A DNA stretch of 64,000 bases from an uncultured Candidatus Binatia bacterium (GTDB taxonomy: Bacteria; Desulfobacterota; Binatia; Bin18): positions 96,139 to 160,138 of the forward strand of contig CBDESS010000004.1 of assembly GCA_965242605.1 (NCBI GenBank), in the 5' to 3' direction. The position numbers and the translations under genes are program-made. A model generated the notes under the pieces. That model was not told the DNA's origin. It saw nothing but the letters and a program-made list of their open reading frames with translations, and did not search any database. Within the stretch, counting starts at the first letter, position 1. Each line of letters opens with the position of its first letter. This document shows positions 20,844 through 30,554 of the stretch, piece by piece.

Positions 20844-22455
20844 ATGAGCATTGATATCGTTCAAGGCACTAGCAGTAAACCTGTGTCCACCGACGCGTTG
20901 GTTAAACTCATGTCGAGTCAGACCGATATAGATGGACAGATGTTCACCGGATACCCGATCATCAGCACAGCGGAAGGGCCTCATCTAATTGACGCTCTCC
21001 TCGTATCCCCTGACAAGGGAATTCTCGTGTTCGATCTCATTGAAGGACCCGATATCGGTGATTACGGATCGAGGCAGGATGATGCGGCCAACAAGCTTGA
21101 AGCTCGACTTAGACCCCATCGTGAACTAATGCGGGGCCGGAATCTCCGTATCCCGATTCATACGGTTTCGTTTGCGCCAGGCACGAGCGAGTTGCCCCAA
21201 GACGGTAGTAGTAGGCATCAAATCGCGAATCGCAGAGATACTCTCATACAAGTACTGGAACGTTTCGAGTGGGAGAATGGAAAGAGAAGTGTTTACAAGG
21301 CTGCTCTGTCTGCACTTGAGAGCATTTCGACGATTCGTAAGACCAAGACAAAACGGACGATCCAGCAAGAAGACTCTAGAGGTGCCAAGCTAAAAAACTT
21401 GGAAGATTCGATTGCCACGCTGGATGCCGAGCAACTGAAGGCGGTTGTCGAAACAGTCGAAGGAGTACAACGCATTCGTGGTCTGGCAGGCTCGGGCAAG
21501 ACCATTGTCTTGGCGCTTAAGGCTGCCTACCTTCATGCTCAACACCCCGAGTGGCGTATGGCCGTCACCTTCAACACACGCTCGCTCAAGGGACAGTTCC
21601 GACGTTTAATCAACAACTTCTCCCTTGAACAGACAGGCCAAGATCCCAATTGGGAGAACCTGCGCATTGTCAACGCCTGGGGGGCTCCAGGTGGCAGCAA
21701 ACGCGATGGCGTTTACTACGAGTTTTGTCGTGTGCACGATATAGAATACTGCGACTTCCAGTCAGCCAGAAGAAAATTTCCACCAGGAAAAGAGTTCTCC
21801 GGAGCCTGTGAACTTGCAGTCAGTCAGGCGCAGGAAGTGAAGCCAGTCTATGATGCGCTCTTAGTAGACGAGGCACAAGATTTTTCACCCGCCTTCCTCC
21901 AACTTTGCTACGCATTGCTAGACAATCACAAAAGATTAGTCTACGCATACGACGAGCTGCAAAATCTTTCTGAAGAATCCCTTCCTTCACCAAATGCCTG
22001 ACGGGGCGTTGATTCATGTGTTTTGACTATGACGGTCGGGACAGCCACCACCGGGAATTAGTACATCCTAAGTCTCACTTAACGCTCGGCCAATACGCGA
22101 ACTGCCGAATCTCCGGTAACGGCCCCAATGACGCCTTTCTGGTTTATCGACTTCATTCTCAGGAACTTCTACTGCACTGCGCATGCTGCCGAGTTTCCTG
22201 CACAGCAGGGTATGTTTATCGAGTCGATACTTCCAACCGAGCGAGGCGTGATTCATGTGGTTGTCCCATATGAGTAGCATGGCTAGTCTGAATGACTCCA
22301 CCGCTACCTTAGCGTTTCCGGGGAGCCTCGCCGGATGTATCGCCCACGGGCTGGGTATCGTCCCCGACACGCTGCTTCCCAAGCTTATTTTCGGAGGTCT
22401 AAGGAAGAGCCCAGATAGAAACGCAGGCCTCATACTTTTGACCTTCACCATTTGA
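20844..22455 (+). pseudogene. nuclease-helicase (NERD/PD-(D/E)xK-like N-domain + DUF2075/SF1 helicase core, Nhi-like), truncated and frameshifted
   Basis: First 385 aa intact (20844..22001): N-terminal IDALLVSPDKGILVFDLIEG nuclease-like motif, Walker A GLAGSGKT, ALLVDEAQDF. ORF stops at 22001 and continues in shifted frames (22016..22273, 22255..22455). Region visibly lower GC than flanks. Confidence 0.55.
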
Positions 22456-22464
22456 TTTCTCCCA

Positions 22465-23043
22465 GTGAACAAGACTGCTCTCATCACCCAAATCCACGCT
22501 ACCCCGCTCATGACAGTCCTGGCCGTCACCGGCGGCGGCGGCCAAGCCGTCGCCGACCTCCTGGCCGTGCCAGGCGCTTCGCGCACAGTCTTGGAAGCCG
22601 TCATCCCCTACAGTCAGGCCGCCCAAAGCGCCTTCCTAGGCGAAACGGTTGATCAGTCGGTTACGGCCGAGGCCGCAGCAGCCCTCGCCCGAGTCGCCTA
22701 TCATCGGGCACTCCGGCTCCGGACGGATGAAACGGTGCCGCTTATCGGTCTAGCCTGCACCGCAGCTCTGGCAACCAACCGGCCAAAGAAGGGCGAGCAT
22801 CGGGCCCATATCGGGGTGTGTGATGCGGAAAGCTCTCGGGTCTGTTCCCTCACCCTGTGCAAGGGCAGCCGCGACCGGAGCGGCGAAGAACAGCTTGTGA
22901 CCGCGCTGTTGCTCTCCACGCTAGCCGAGGCGTGTGGTCTTGAGACTAGACTGGAACTCGGACTGCTGCCCCAGGAGCACCTCGTCATTCAGGATTTTTC
23001 TTTCATCCCGCCAAAAATCGCAAAATTCAGAAACTTCCAATAG
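22465..23043 (+). CDS. CinA C-terminal domain-like protein (divergent)
   Basis: VLAVTGGGGQAVADLLAVPGASRTVLEAVIPYSQAAQSAFLGETV aligns by eye with the CinA-C/PncC ESCTGG...VPGSS...GGVVAYSNeAK core, but ESCTGG is replaced. Confidence 0.4.
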   Translation: MNKTALITQIHATPLMTVLAVTGGGGQAVADLLAVPGASRTVLEAVIPYSQAAQSAFLGETVDQSVTAEAAAALARVAYHRALRLRTDETVPLIGLACTAALATNRPKKGEHRAHIGVCDAESSRVCSLTLCKGSRDRSGEEQLVTALLLSTLAEACGLETRLELGLLPQEHLVIQDFSFIPPKIAKFRNFQ

Positions 23044-23726
23044 CAGTCCACCATCCTGAAGCCGGCGTCTCGCCACCAGTCCAACTGCAGTTCGAGCGCC
23101 GCGATGTGGCTGCTCTGGCCCTTGGGCCGTTGCATGACTGTGCGCGCCTCGCGTATCTCCTCCAGGGAGTGTTCCGCGCCGTGTTCGCGCAGGTGGTGCT
23201 GAATCACCCGGTCGGCCAGCGGGGTAAAATGCTCGCGCATTTCCGGTGCGCCGCTTACCACATCGTTGTTGAGGAACATACCGCCGGGCAGCAGCAGCGC
23301 GTAGACCTCTGCACACAAGGCCCGTTTGCGCTGGTCGGTCAGATGGTGCAGGGCAATCGCCGAGACCACGGCATGAAAAGGTCCCGGCAGCTCCGTCAAC
23401 CAGGCGGGGTCGGCCAGGTCTCTGATCAACATCCTGACCTGCTGACCGTACTTGGCCAAGCGTGGCTCGGCGTGCTCCTGCATGGCCGGAGAGCCGTCCA
23501 GCCAGACAACACTGGCCCGCGGATAGCGGCTCAGAATGGTCTCCGTCACCGCCCCATAGCCAGCCCCTAGGTCCAACACCCGAATGGGCTGCTCGGTCGG
23601 CCAGGGGAAAAAATCAACCAAGCTGCTCAGCTGTTCATAACGCTTGGGAATCAAGAGGGCACCGCGTGTCACAAAATAATCAACTCTGCCCCGCTCTCCC
23701 CAGCCGCACAGGGTATCGCGTGCCAT
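22989..23726 (-). CDS. class I SAM-dependent methyltransferase
   Basis: Motif I VLDLGAGYGAVTE, post-I acidic WLDGSPAM; 245 aa. Confidence 0.8.
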   Translation of the reverse strand: MARDTLCGWGERGRVDYFVTRGALLIPKRYEQLSSLVDFFPWPTEQPIRVLDLGAGYGAVTETILSRYPRASVVWLDGSPAMQEHAEPRLAKYGQQVRMLIRDLADPAWLTELPGPFHAVVSAIALHHLTDQRKRALCAEVYALLLPGGMFLNNDVVSGAPEMREHFTPLADRVIQHHLREHGAEHSLEEIREARTVMQRPKGQSSHIAALELQLDWWRDAGFRMVDCYWKFLNFAIFGGMKEKS

Positions 23727-23843
23727 ACCAAAACCTCCCGACTGTGCCGGACCCTGCCAAGCGCTATGGCATCTCTGGCCGCGGCGTGCAAGAAGGCGGC
23801 CTCTTGCGTCTCGGCCCGGAAGCCTTTAGAATGCAGAGATTAT

Positions 23844-24422
23844 ATGAAAATCGGCATTGTTTCCGATATCCACGCCGACGCCACCGCCCTGCGCCGCGCC
23901 CTTGAGGATATGCCCTTGACCGATATGCTGCTGTGTCCCGGCGACGCCATCAGCGAGTACCGCTTCTGCCCGGATACGGTCGAGTTGCTCAGGCAGGCCG
24001 GGGTGGTGTGTATTCAGGGCAACCATGAACGTGTCCTGTTCGGCGGCGGCAACCCGGCCTATCTGCAAAAATGTCGGGACGCCTTTTCTGCGGAGTCGCT
24101 CGCCTTTCTGGCCGAGGCACCGCTCACCCGCCAGCTTGAGTGCGGTGGGGCCAAGATTCTGATGGTCCACGCCAGCCCGTGGGAGCCTTACGACGAGTAT
24201 ATCTATCCTGGCAGCACCCGGCTCCACCAGTTCGCCGAACTGTCCTGCGACCTAGTGTGTTTTGGTCATACCCATGTCCCGTTCGTGCAGCCGGCGGGCG
24301 CAGTCCTTGTCGTCAATCCCGGCTCCCCCTCGCAGCCCCTTGACCGGGATAGACGCGGGGCGTATGCGATTGTCGATACGGAGACCAGACAGGCCGCCAT
24401 TCACCGTTTTTGCCTGTCTTGA
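23844..24422 (+). CDS. metallophosphoesterase (YfcE/MJ0936 family)
   Basis: MKIGIVSDIHAD...GDAISEY...GNHE...HASPW...GHTHVPF motifs. Confidence 0.8.
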   Translation: MKIGIVSDIHADATALRRALEDMPLTDMLLCPGDAISEYRFCPDTVELLRQAGVVCIQGNHERVLFGGGNPAYLQKCRDAFSAESLAFLAEAPLTRQLECGGAKILMVHASPWEPYDEYIYPGSTRLHQFAELSCDLVCFGHTHVPFVQPAGAVLVVNPGSPSQPLDRDRRGAYAIVDTETRQAAIHRFCLS

Positions 24423-24488
24423 TTGTCTGCGGCTCGCCCGCGTGCTAGCCTCAGCCACGATCAATCCCCGCTGTTGAGGAGGCCGCCA

Positions 24489-25769
24489 ATGCCCACGAAG
24501 CACACCCCCCGCCTGACCCCGGCCCCGGCCAACACCCCAAGTCGACGCACATTTTTGCGCCAGGCCGCTATCGGGCTGGCCGGTGGCAGCGCGGCGCTGG
24601 CCGCCGGCTGTGAGTACCAGACCCAGCTCTTTTTGCTACGGCCGGTTGAAGAAGAAGCGCCCCAGCAACACCCCGCCTGGCAAGGGGCCGACATCCGTCA
24701 GTATCGTACCCTGGGCCGGACCGGGGTGCAGGTCTCAGACATTTCTTTTGGCTGCGCCGGCCTCCACGACACCGGGGTCGTCAAGCATGCGCTGGAGCGC
24801 GGCGTCAATTATTTTGACACCTCGCCCGATTATTCCCGGGCCGGCTCGGAGCGCACGCTAGGCGAAGGGATCAGGGGCTATCCGCGCGACCAACTGTTTC
24901 TTGTGTCAAAGTTCTGTACCCCCGGTGGTCATCTCAGCAATGCCACGCCGGTCAACGAGGTCATCGCCGCGGTTGAAGCCAGCCTGCAACGGATCGGCAC
25001 CGACTACCTCGACCTCGCCCATATCCACGCATGCAACTCTATTGAGCGGCTGATGAACCCCAATATCCATGAAGCCTTTGATCGGCTCAAAGAGCAGGGT
25101 AAGCTGCGCTTCCTTGGCGTCTCGTCCCATACACCCCGGCTGGAGCAGGTCATGCGCCACGCCGTGGACTCGGACCGCTTTGACGTGATCATGGTGGCCT
25201 ATAATTTTCGGAACTGGCCCGAGCTGACCACAATTTTTCACGACGCCAGGCAAAAGGGGGTCGGGGTGGTGGCCATGAAGACGCTCAAAGGTGCCCGGCA
25301 TACGGCCCTGTCGGACTTCAGCCCAAGCGAGCGGGAGTCCTTCTCCCAGGCGGCCTTCAAATGGGTGCTGTCAAACCAGGATGTCAGTTGTCTGGTCGTG
25401 ACCATGACTTCCCGCTCCCACATTGACGAGTATCTGCACGCCTCGGGTCAGCCGGTGCAGCCGGCCGATGTGGCCCTGCTTGAAAAATACGACCGTCTAG
25501 TTGCCAACGACTACTGCCCGCCGGGGTGTGGCGCGTGTCTGTCCTCCTGCCCGGCCGACGTGCCGGTTGATGATGTCCTGCGCTACGCCATGTATTACGA
25601 AAACTACGGCCAGCAGCGGGTCGGCATGGAAGAGTACGCCAAGCTGCCCGAGGCGCGCACCGCGGCGCAGTGTGTGGACTGTAGAGCGCCGTGTGAGCGA
25701 GCCTGCCCGTCCGGGCTGCCGGTCAAGGCCAAGCTGCTGCGGGCGGACCGCTTACTTAGGTTTGTCTAA
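24489..25769 (+). CDS. aldo/keto reductase with Tat signal and C-terminal Fe-S (ferredoxin-like) domain
   Basis: RBS GAGGAGG then ATG 24489; twin-arginine motif SRRTFLRQAA; AKR core GVNYFDTSPDY; C-terminal CPPGCGACLSSCP...CVDCRAPCERACP clusters. Confidence 0.8.
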   Translation: MPTKHTPRLTPAPANTPSRRTFLRQAAIGLAGGSAALAAGCEYQTQLFLLRPVEEEAPQQHPAWQGADIRQYRTLGRTGVQVSDISFGCAGLHDTGVVKHALERGVNYFDTSPDYSRAGSERTLGEGIRGYPRDQLFLVSKFCTPGGHLSNATPVNEVIAAVEASLQRIGTDYLDLAHIHACNSIERLMNPNIHEAFDRLKEQGKLRFLGVSSHTPRLEQVMRHAVDSDRFDVIMVAYNFRNWPELTTIFHDARQKGVGVVAMKTLKGARHTALSDFSPSERESFSQAAFKWVLSNQDVSCLVVTMTSRSHIDEYLHASGQPVQPADVALLEKYDRLVANDYCPPGCGACLSSCPADVPVDDVLRYAMYYENYGQQRVGMEEYAKLPEARTAAQCVDCRAPCERACPSGLPVKAKLLRADRLLRFV

Positions 25770-25779
25770 CGGAATTCGT

Positions 25780-26259
25780 GTGAAAACCCTGCTCATCCTA
25801 CGCCACGGCAAAGCCCGGCAGGGCAGCCCTGAGGGCGACTTTGAGCGTAGCCTCAAAAAACGCGGCACCCAGCAGGCCGAGCGGGCCGGGGAAGAGCTCA
25901 GCCGCCGGGGGATTCGGCTTGATCTGATCGTTTCGTCGGCCGCCCGACGCGCCCGCCAAACCGCCAAGCGGGCGGCCCGCACGGCCGGCTACACAGGCGT
26001 GATTGCCAAGCTGGACAGCCTGTATCTGTCTGGGCTGGCCGAGCATCTGGCCGTCCTGGCCGGGCTGGACGATGCCTGCCGGGCGGTGCTGCTCGTCGGC
26101 CATAACCCCGACCTCGCAGACCTGCTCAGGCGGCTGAGCGGCCACGATCTGCCCCTGCCAACCGGGGCGCTCATTGGCCTTGAGCTCGATACCCCCTCGT
26201 GGAAAACTGTGGCCAGCGCACCGGGCACACTGCGGTTTGTGTCCAGCCACACCACCTGA
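25780..26259 (+). CDS. sixA: histidine phosphatase family protein (SixA-like)
   Basis: GTG start; LLILRHGKA (RHG catalytic motif), HNP motif, about 160 aa. Confidence 0.7.
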   Translation: MKTLLILRHGKARQGSPEGDFERSLKKRGTQQAERAGEELSRRGIRLDLIVSSAARRARQTAKRAARTAGYTGVIAKLDSLYLSGLAEHLAVLAGLDDACRAVLLVGHNPDLADLLRRLSGHDLPLPTGALIGLELDTPSWKTVASAPGTLRFVSSHTT

Positions 26260-26277
26260 CAGGGCGAGGCCGCTCAG

Positions 26278-26757
26278 ATGGAGAAACTCAGCCACACCAA
26301 CGCCCAAGGCCGCGCCCGCATGGTTGACGTTGGCGACAAGGCCGTGACTGCCCGCGAGGCGCTCGCCAGCGGTACGGTCCACATGCGGCCCGAAACCCTG
26401 CGCCTGCTCACCACCGGCCGGCTGCCCAAAGGCGATGTGCTGGCTGTTGCCCGGGTCGCCGGCATTCTGGCGGCCAAAAAAACCGCCGAGCTGATTCCGC
26501 TGTGCCATCCCCTGCCGCTTTCGTCGATCACGGTCGAGTTCACCCCCCACCCCCAGACCGGCCGGCTCGACATTGCGGCGCGGGTCACGGTGCAGGGCAA
26601 GACCGGGGTCGAAATGGAAGCCCTGACCGCGGTATCGGTCGCCGCCCTGACGGTCTACGACATGTGTAAAGCGGTTGAAAAGGGCATGCGCATCTCAGAC
26701 CTGTGTCTCCAGCGAAAAGCCGGGGGCAAGAGCGGCGACTACATCCGCCCCAGCTGA
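26278..26757 (+). CDS. moaC: cyclic pyranopterin monophosphate synthase accessory protein
   Basis: [18 protein letters not shown]...[10 protein letters not shown]...[25 protein letters not shown] canonical MoaC. Confidence 0.9.
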   Translation: MEKLSHTNAQGRARMVDVGDKAVTAREALASGTVHMRPETLRLLTTGRLPKGDVLAVARVAGILAAKKTAELIPLCHPLPLSSITVEFTPHPQTGRLDIAARVTVQGKTGVEMEALTAVSVAALTVYDMCKAVEKGMRISDLCLQRKAGGKSGDYIRPS

Positions 26758-26852
26758 TCGGCAGCCCGGCCGGCCCCTCGCCTATCAGCCCAAACACGGG
26801 CGATGGGGGATTGAAATAGGAGCCAAAACGTGGGAAGCTTGAAGAACAGGCA

Positions 26853-27437
26853 ATGCACAAGAGTGCGCAGGCTCTCTTGCACCTCCTGGCATATCCGTTT
26901 TCGTCTGCAAGAAGCGCGCACCAAGGAGAGGATATGAGTCTTCATCCTGTACGGCAGGAAATACCTGCCAAAAAGCCCAGCGCCAAGCCGGCAGCCAAGT
27001 CAAGCGGGCCGGCCCCGCAGCCGCCAGCCACCGCTGCCCAGTCAGCCGCGGCGGACAATCCGGCTCACGACGAGGTTCAGGAGGCTGACGTTCTGCCGCC
27101 AGCAACGCCTACTTTTGTGCGCCGGGATTTGACCGCCCCAGACGGCAGCACCCGACCCGGCTGGGAAATGTGGATTGGCGACCACTGCTTTGGTCGGGCC
27201 GACAGCAAAGAACTCCTCCTCGCCAGCTTTGAGCGGCTCCAGAGCCCGCCGAGCAGCTTTCACTGGCGTGAGGTCCGCAACCGTATGCCTCTGCGCGGTC
27301 GGCCCAAGTCGGCAAAGCCGGAATCACCACCGGACAAACCTGCCGCGTCGGCACAAGACTCGTCCGACCCAGCGCCGGCCAAACGCTTAGCAGAGCAAGA
27401 CGGCTTCCAGGAAATCAGCCTGGAAACCCCCACCTAG
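26853..27437 (+). CDS. hypothetical low-complexity (Pro/Ala-rich) protein
   Basis: ORF with PAKKPSAKPAAK repeats and conserved-looking core WEMWIGDHCFGRADSKELLLASFERL; start likely at 26935. Confidence 0.3.
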   Translation: MHKSAQALLHLLAYPFSSARSAHQGEDMSLHPVRQEIPAKKPSAKPAAKSSGPAPQPPATAAQSAAADNPAHDEVQEADVLPPATPTFVRRDLTAPDGSTRPGWEMWIGDHCFGRADSKELLLASFERLQSPPSSFHWREVRNRMPLRGRPKSAKPESPPDKPAASAQDSSDPAPAKRLAEQDGFQEISLETPT

Positions 27438-27521
27438 CCCAGAGGGGCCGCTAATCCCCCGTGCCCCGGTGATGAGCCCACCCGAGTACAAGCCTGAACG
27501 CCCCGCCCGACCGGAGGGCGC

Positions 27522-28331
27522 GTGCCACAAGCTGACACACCCTGGACAAGGCCGAGGCGGCAGAGTAAAGAAGAGGGTGTTTCGGTGACACTATGGAGAC
27601 AGTGCTTTCAGGATTGCGGTCCGCCTTCTGGGGTGCGTGTGGTTGACGCCCTCAGCCGCCTGCTGCCGTGCGAAGGCGTCGGGCTTATTCTGCTCAACCG
27701 CCGCAGCGAACAGGCTGAGCGGATTGCGGTCGGCGGCGGCTTTGCAGTCCCGGCCTCCACGGCTCTGGCCGCCGGCCAAGCCGAGGGCGGCCTGCTGCGC
27801 CAGGTCTGCGACCGGGAGCCGCTGGTGTTGGACACACAAACCTCATCCCAGCCCAAGGCCCTGGGCGACCTCGCCGAGCACAGCTTGCTCATCACGCCGG
27901 TCATGCAGCCAGAGTATCCGCAGCCCTTGGGCTGCCTCCTCGTCGCCGACCACGCCGAGGGGTTCTCTGCCGAGACGGTCGGCCTGCTGACCGCGGTGGC
28001 CCGGCGCACCGCCCTGGCCATTGAAAATGCCCAGCTGTACGATGCGCTTGAAAAAGAGCCCCGGCAGCTGCGGGGGTCTGCTGCATACGGTCATCATCAC
28101 CCAGGAAAAAGAGCGCAAACATCTGGTTGAACAGTGGCACGCTCCCTCAGCAAGAAACTGTTTGGCATCCTCCAGGACTTTCGGCGCAGCCAAGACCTGT
28201 TTCTCCAGCGGGTGCCCGAGGCCGAGGGGCAGATCCACCGCCTGGCAGCCGAAATAGACGGGATAGCGGCCCTTGTGCGCAGCCTGATCGACGAGCTGCG
28301 GCCCGCCAGCCTGGACAATGCAATGATATGA
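27522..28331 (+). pseudogene. GAF-domain sensor histidine kinase, 5' part (GAF + HisKA_3 dimerisation region; frameshifted and interrupted)
   Basis: GAF domain in frame 0 to about 28070; the HisKA_3 H-box region is split over two frames (28021.. and 28134..); reading ends ...LRPASLDN then a premature stop at the insertion edge. Confidence 0.7.
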
Positions 28332-28419
28332 CTTGTTCCAAGTAGAAACGCGGGTCGTTCCAGCGTTCGTCGTCAAGATTTTCAATATCCGGCGGGAAAG
28401 GTTTTTAGGATGGGAGCAT

Positions 28420-28827
28420 TCATACGAATTCTTCGTCGTCCAAACCACTTGGTGAGGCGTTTGCTGGAGAGCGTTGTGTTTCGGTGAAAACGCTGAGGGT
28501 CTTGAAGATTTCACGGATTTGCTTCTGTGCATTATTTCGCGTGGATAATGTGGAAGCATTTCCTACGCGTGCGTCCAACCCTTGGTGGTGTATATGGAAA
28601 CGGCAATGGAGTAAGATGTGATACTGATCTGCGAGTTGGCGGAGAAGGGTCAGGCGTGGGTCTTTCTTCTCAAGGATGCCTGCATCCCTCATCGCATTGC
28701 GAAACCAGCAGTAAATCGTCGTGGGTTTGTATTTCTCAAGGATTGCTGGATGGAAATCGCTGTCTTCAAGTTCTTGCTCAAATGGAAACTCAGCAAAGAC
28801 TTGATGAGCCTTTTTCCATGTCGTCAA
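28420..28827 (-). CDS. hypothetical protein (inside insertion)
   Basis: 135-aa ORF, last of four co-directional ORFs in the AT-rich insert. Confidence 0.2.
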   Translation of the reverse strand: MTTWKKAHQVFAEFPFEQELEDSDFHPAILEKYKPTTIYCWFRNAMRDAGILEKKDPRLTLLRQLADQYHILLHCRFHIHHQGLDARVGNASTLSTRNNAQKQIREIFKTLSVFTETQRSPANASPSGLDDEEFV

Positions 28828-28879
28828 TTTCTGTGATTTTCAATCCAGAAATGTTGGATGCTTTTCGCGCAATCGGCAT

Positions 28880-29170
28880 TTAGGTACTCCGTTGAAGGTC
28901 GCCGTACATCTCATTCCAATTCTGTGTAGGAGCAGTCCACTGGATACGTTCCTGGTCTGTGATTTCAGATTTGGCCACGGAGTTCCAAGTGGGAGTAAAG
29001 CCCATGCGTTCAAGGCAAATGAATTGTCGTACAGTTTCTGCTATGAAGATTGCCATGTTCTGTTTCAAGTTGTTATATGACACAGACAACGCACGAATTT
29101 TGCAGACACGCGCTCCACAGTATGCAATCACATCGGCAGTTCGTTGGGCTTCTGTGTCAATGTTCCACAT
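28880..29170 (-). CDS. hypothetical protein (inside insertion)
   Basis: 96-aa ORF co-directional with 29191..29742; may be a frameshifted continuation of the same gene. Confidence 0.2.
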   Translation of the reverse strand: MWNIDTEAQRTADVIAYCGARVCKIRALSVSYNNLKQNMAIFIAETVRQFICLERMGFTPTWNSVAKSEITDQERIQWTAPTQNWNEMYGDLQRST

Positions 29171-29190
29171 GGCCGCCTTGTTCGCTCTAG

Positions 29191-29742
29191 TTATTCCGTA
29201 TGGAAAAGCTTCATACCTTGAGATGCTTCATCCCAAATGAAGTGAGCAGTTTCTCCAGAACTTGGAAAGTCGGTGATTTGACACCGCGCATGTGGTGGAG
29301 TGTTAGTCAAGAAGTCTTCACCAAAGATCGTGACCCTAAAGCTCCAGCGAGAAACCAAAGTTTGTCCGTCGACAATGAGCGACACCCTATGTTCTCCGTC
29401 GCCAAGGAGATTCCAGTTCCAGAGCGCAAGAAATCCGGTATTACGATTTCCGCATGTAGTTTCGGTATCTGCACGCGACAATCCGGTTGCTTGGATAGGA
29501 ATTTCGGTTTGTGTTTCTTCAAGAAGAAGAGCAATGCGGTCGTACTGCGAAATGTCGCAAATCCATCCGCGAATGTTTCCGATGCCACTTTGGTACGAGC
29601 CTTCGCCGGGTTCTTCAAGAATTCCACGAAGAGGGGCTGATGGAGGATCTTCAGGGTCAGGGTTTTGTGGTGTTGGTGTTGGGGAGGAAATAAACGGGTT
29701 CGGTCGGTGTGGACGAATACCAAAGTTCGGAGCACGACACAT
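29191..29742 (-). CDS. hypothetical protein (inside insertion)
   Basis: 183-aa ORF, same strand as neighbouring insertion ORFs; Pro-rich N-terminal region; no recognised domain. Confidence 0.25.
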   Translation of the reverse strand: MCRAPNFGIRPHRPNPFISSPTPTPQNPDPEDPPSAPLRGILEEPGEGSYQSGIGNIRGWICDISQYDRIALLLEETQTEIPIQATGLSRADTETTCGNRNTGFLALWNWNLLGDGEHRVSLIVDGQTLVSRWSFRVTIFGEDFLTNTPPHARCQITDFPSSGETAHFIWDEASQGMKLFHTE

Positions 29743-29906
29743 GGCAGATATGAGGAGAGCCAGGGATTCTTCCGCTTCGTAGATCAGGCGGCGAGTCAGT
29801 GCATCCTTCCGAATTCCCAGCGATGTAAGGAGCTTTCCGCATGACCCAACTCATAATATGGTCTGTTGCCGTTTTCTACCCATTGCCCTCGATGTCGTCC
29901 TTCGTG

Positions 29907-30323
29907 TCAGTTTTGGAGAGCTCTTGCAAATCCTGGATGGTGGTGTTGTAGTTTACGGAGGCAGACTTGTCGTCCGGCCTCAACTTCGCTATGGGTATGA
30001 TTTGGATACCCCAATGTGGACAATGCAGTATTCCACCAGAGTTGATCGCCGACTTGGAGGTAATGTTCCCAGGCGATAGTGGAGTTTCTTTCGTTTGGAT
30101 TGAGATGTAATCCAGGGTCGGAAAGCCATCCATGATGCTCGTCATCCAAAGGGGCATTTGCTGGACAGTTTCCGTTGTCGTCAGGAAGGATATTCCTGTT
30201 GCTTCCGCCGTTAGTACATAAAGTATGGCTGTTCGCAAGAGCAGGGAGGAGGGCGAGCATGAGGAGAATGGCTACGAGCATGGTGATCAACAGGATAAGT
30301 TCACGGGATTTGAGCGTGGACAT
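29907..30323 (-). CDS. hypothetical membrane-anchored/secreted protein with prepilin-like hydrophobic N-terminus (inside insertion)
   Basis: MSTLKSRELILLITMLVAILLMLALLPALANS... resembles the N-termini of prepilin-type/DUF1559 proteins; no canonical G-F-T-L-I-E cleavage motif. Confidence 0.3.
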   Translation of the reverse strand: MSTLKSRELILLITMLVAILLMLALLPALANSHTLCTNGGSNRNILPDDNGNCPANAPLDDEHHGWLSDPGLHLNPNERNSTIAWEHYLQVGDQLWWNTALSTLGYPNHTHSEVEAGRQVCLRKLQHHHPGFARALQN

Positions 30324-30554
30324 AATAGTTTTCCTTTCGATTCGTGGGCTTCTGTAAACCGCCGCCCCTCAGGACGGGTCACAATGAAAACGCTCCGAAG
30401 AACGGGGGACACCAGGAGGTTGCATGGTGTTAGGCTGGTTCCTGACAATATTTCACCACACTGTATACGCAGTTGGCAAGGAGATAGTAGCATAAAAGTG
30501 GGGTCGTGGATGGGTTTCTAGAAAGAAAATCAAGAATAAACCCCTACGAAGTCT

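Noticed and set aside
28340-30540. AT-rich insert as group II intron, IS element or prophage
   Set aside because: It has no reverse transcriptase or maturase ORF, no DDE or serine/tyrosine recombinase, and no detectable TIRs. The 6-bp direct repeat still suggests transposition, so it is kept as an unclassified mobile-element candidate.
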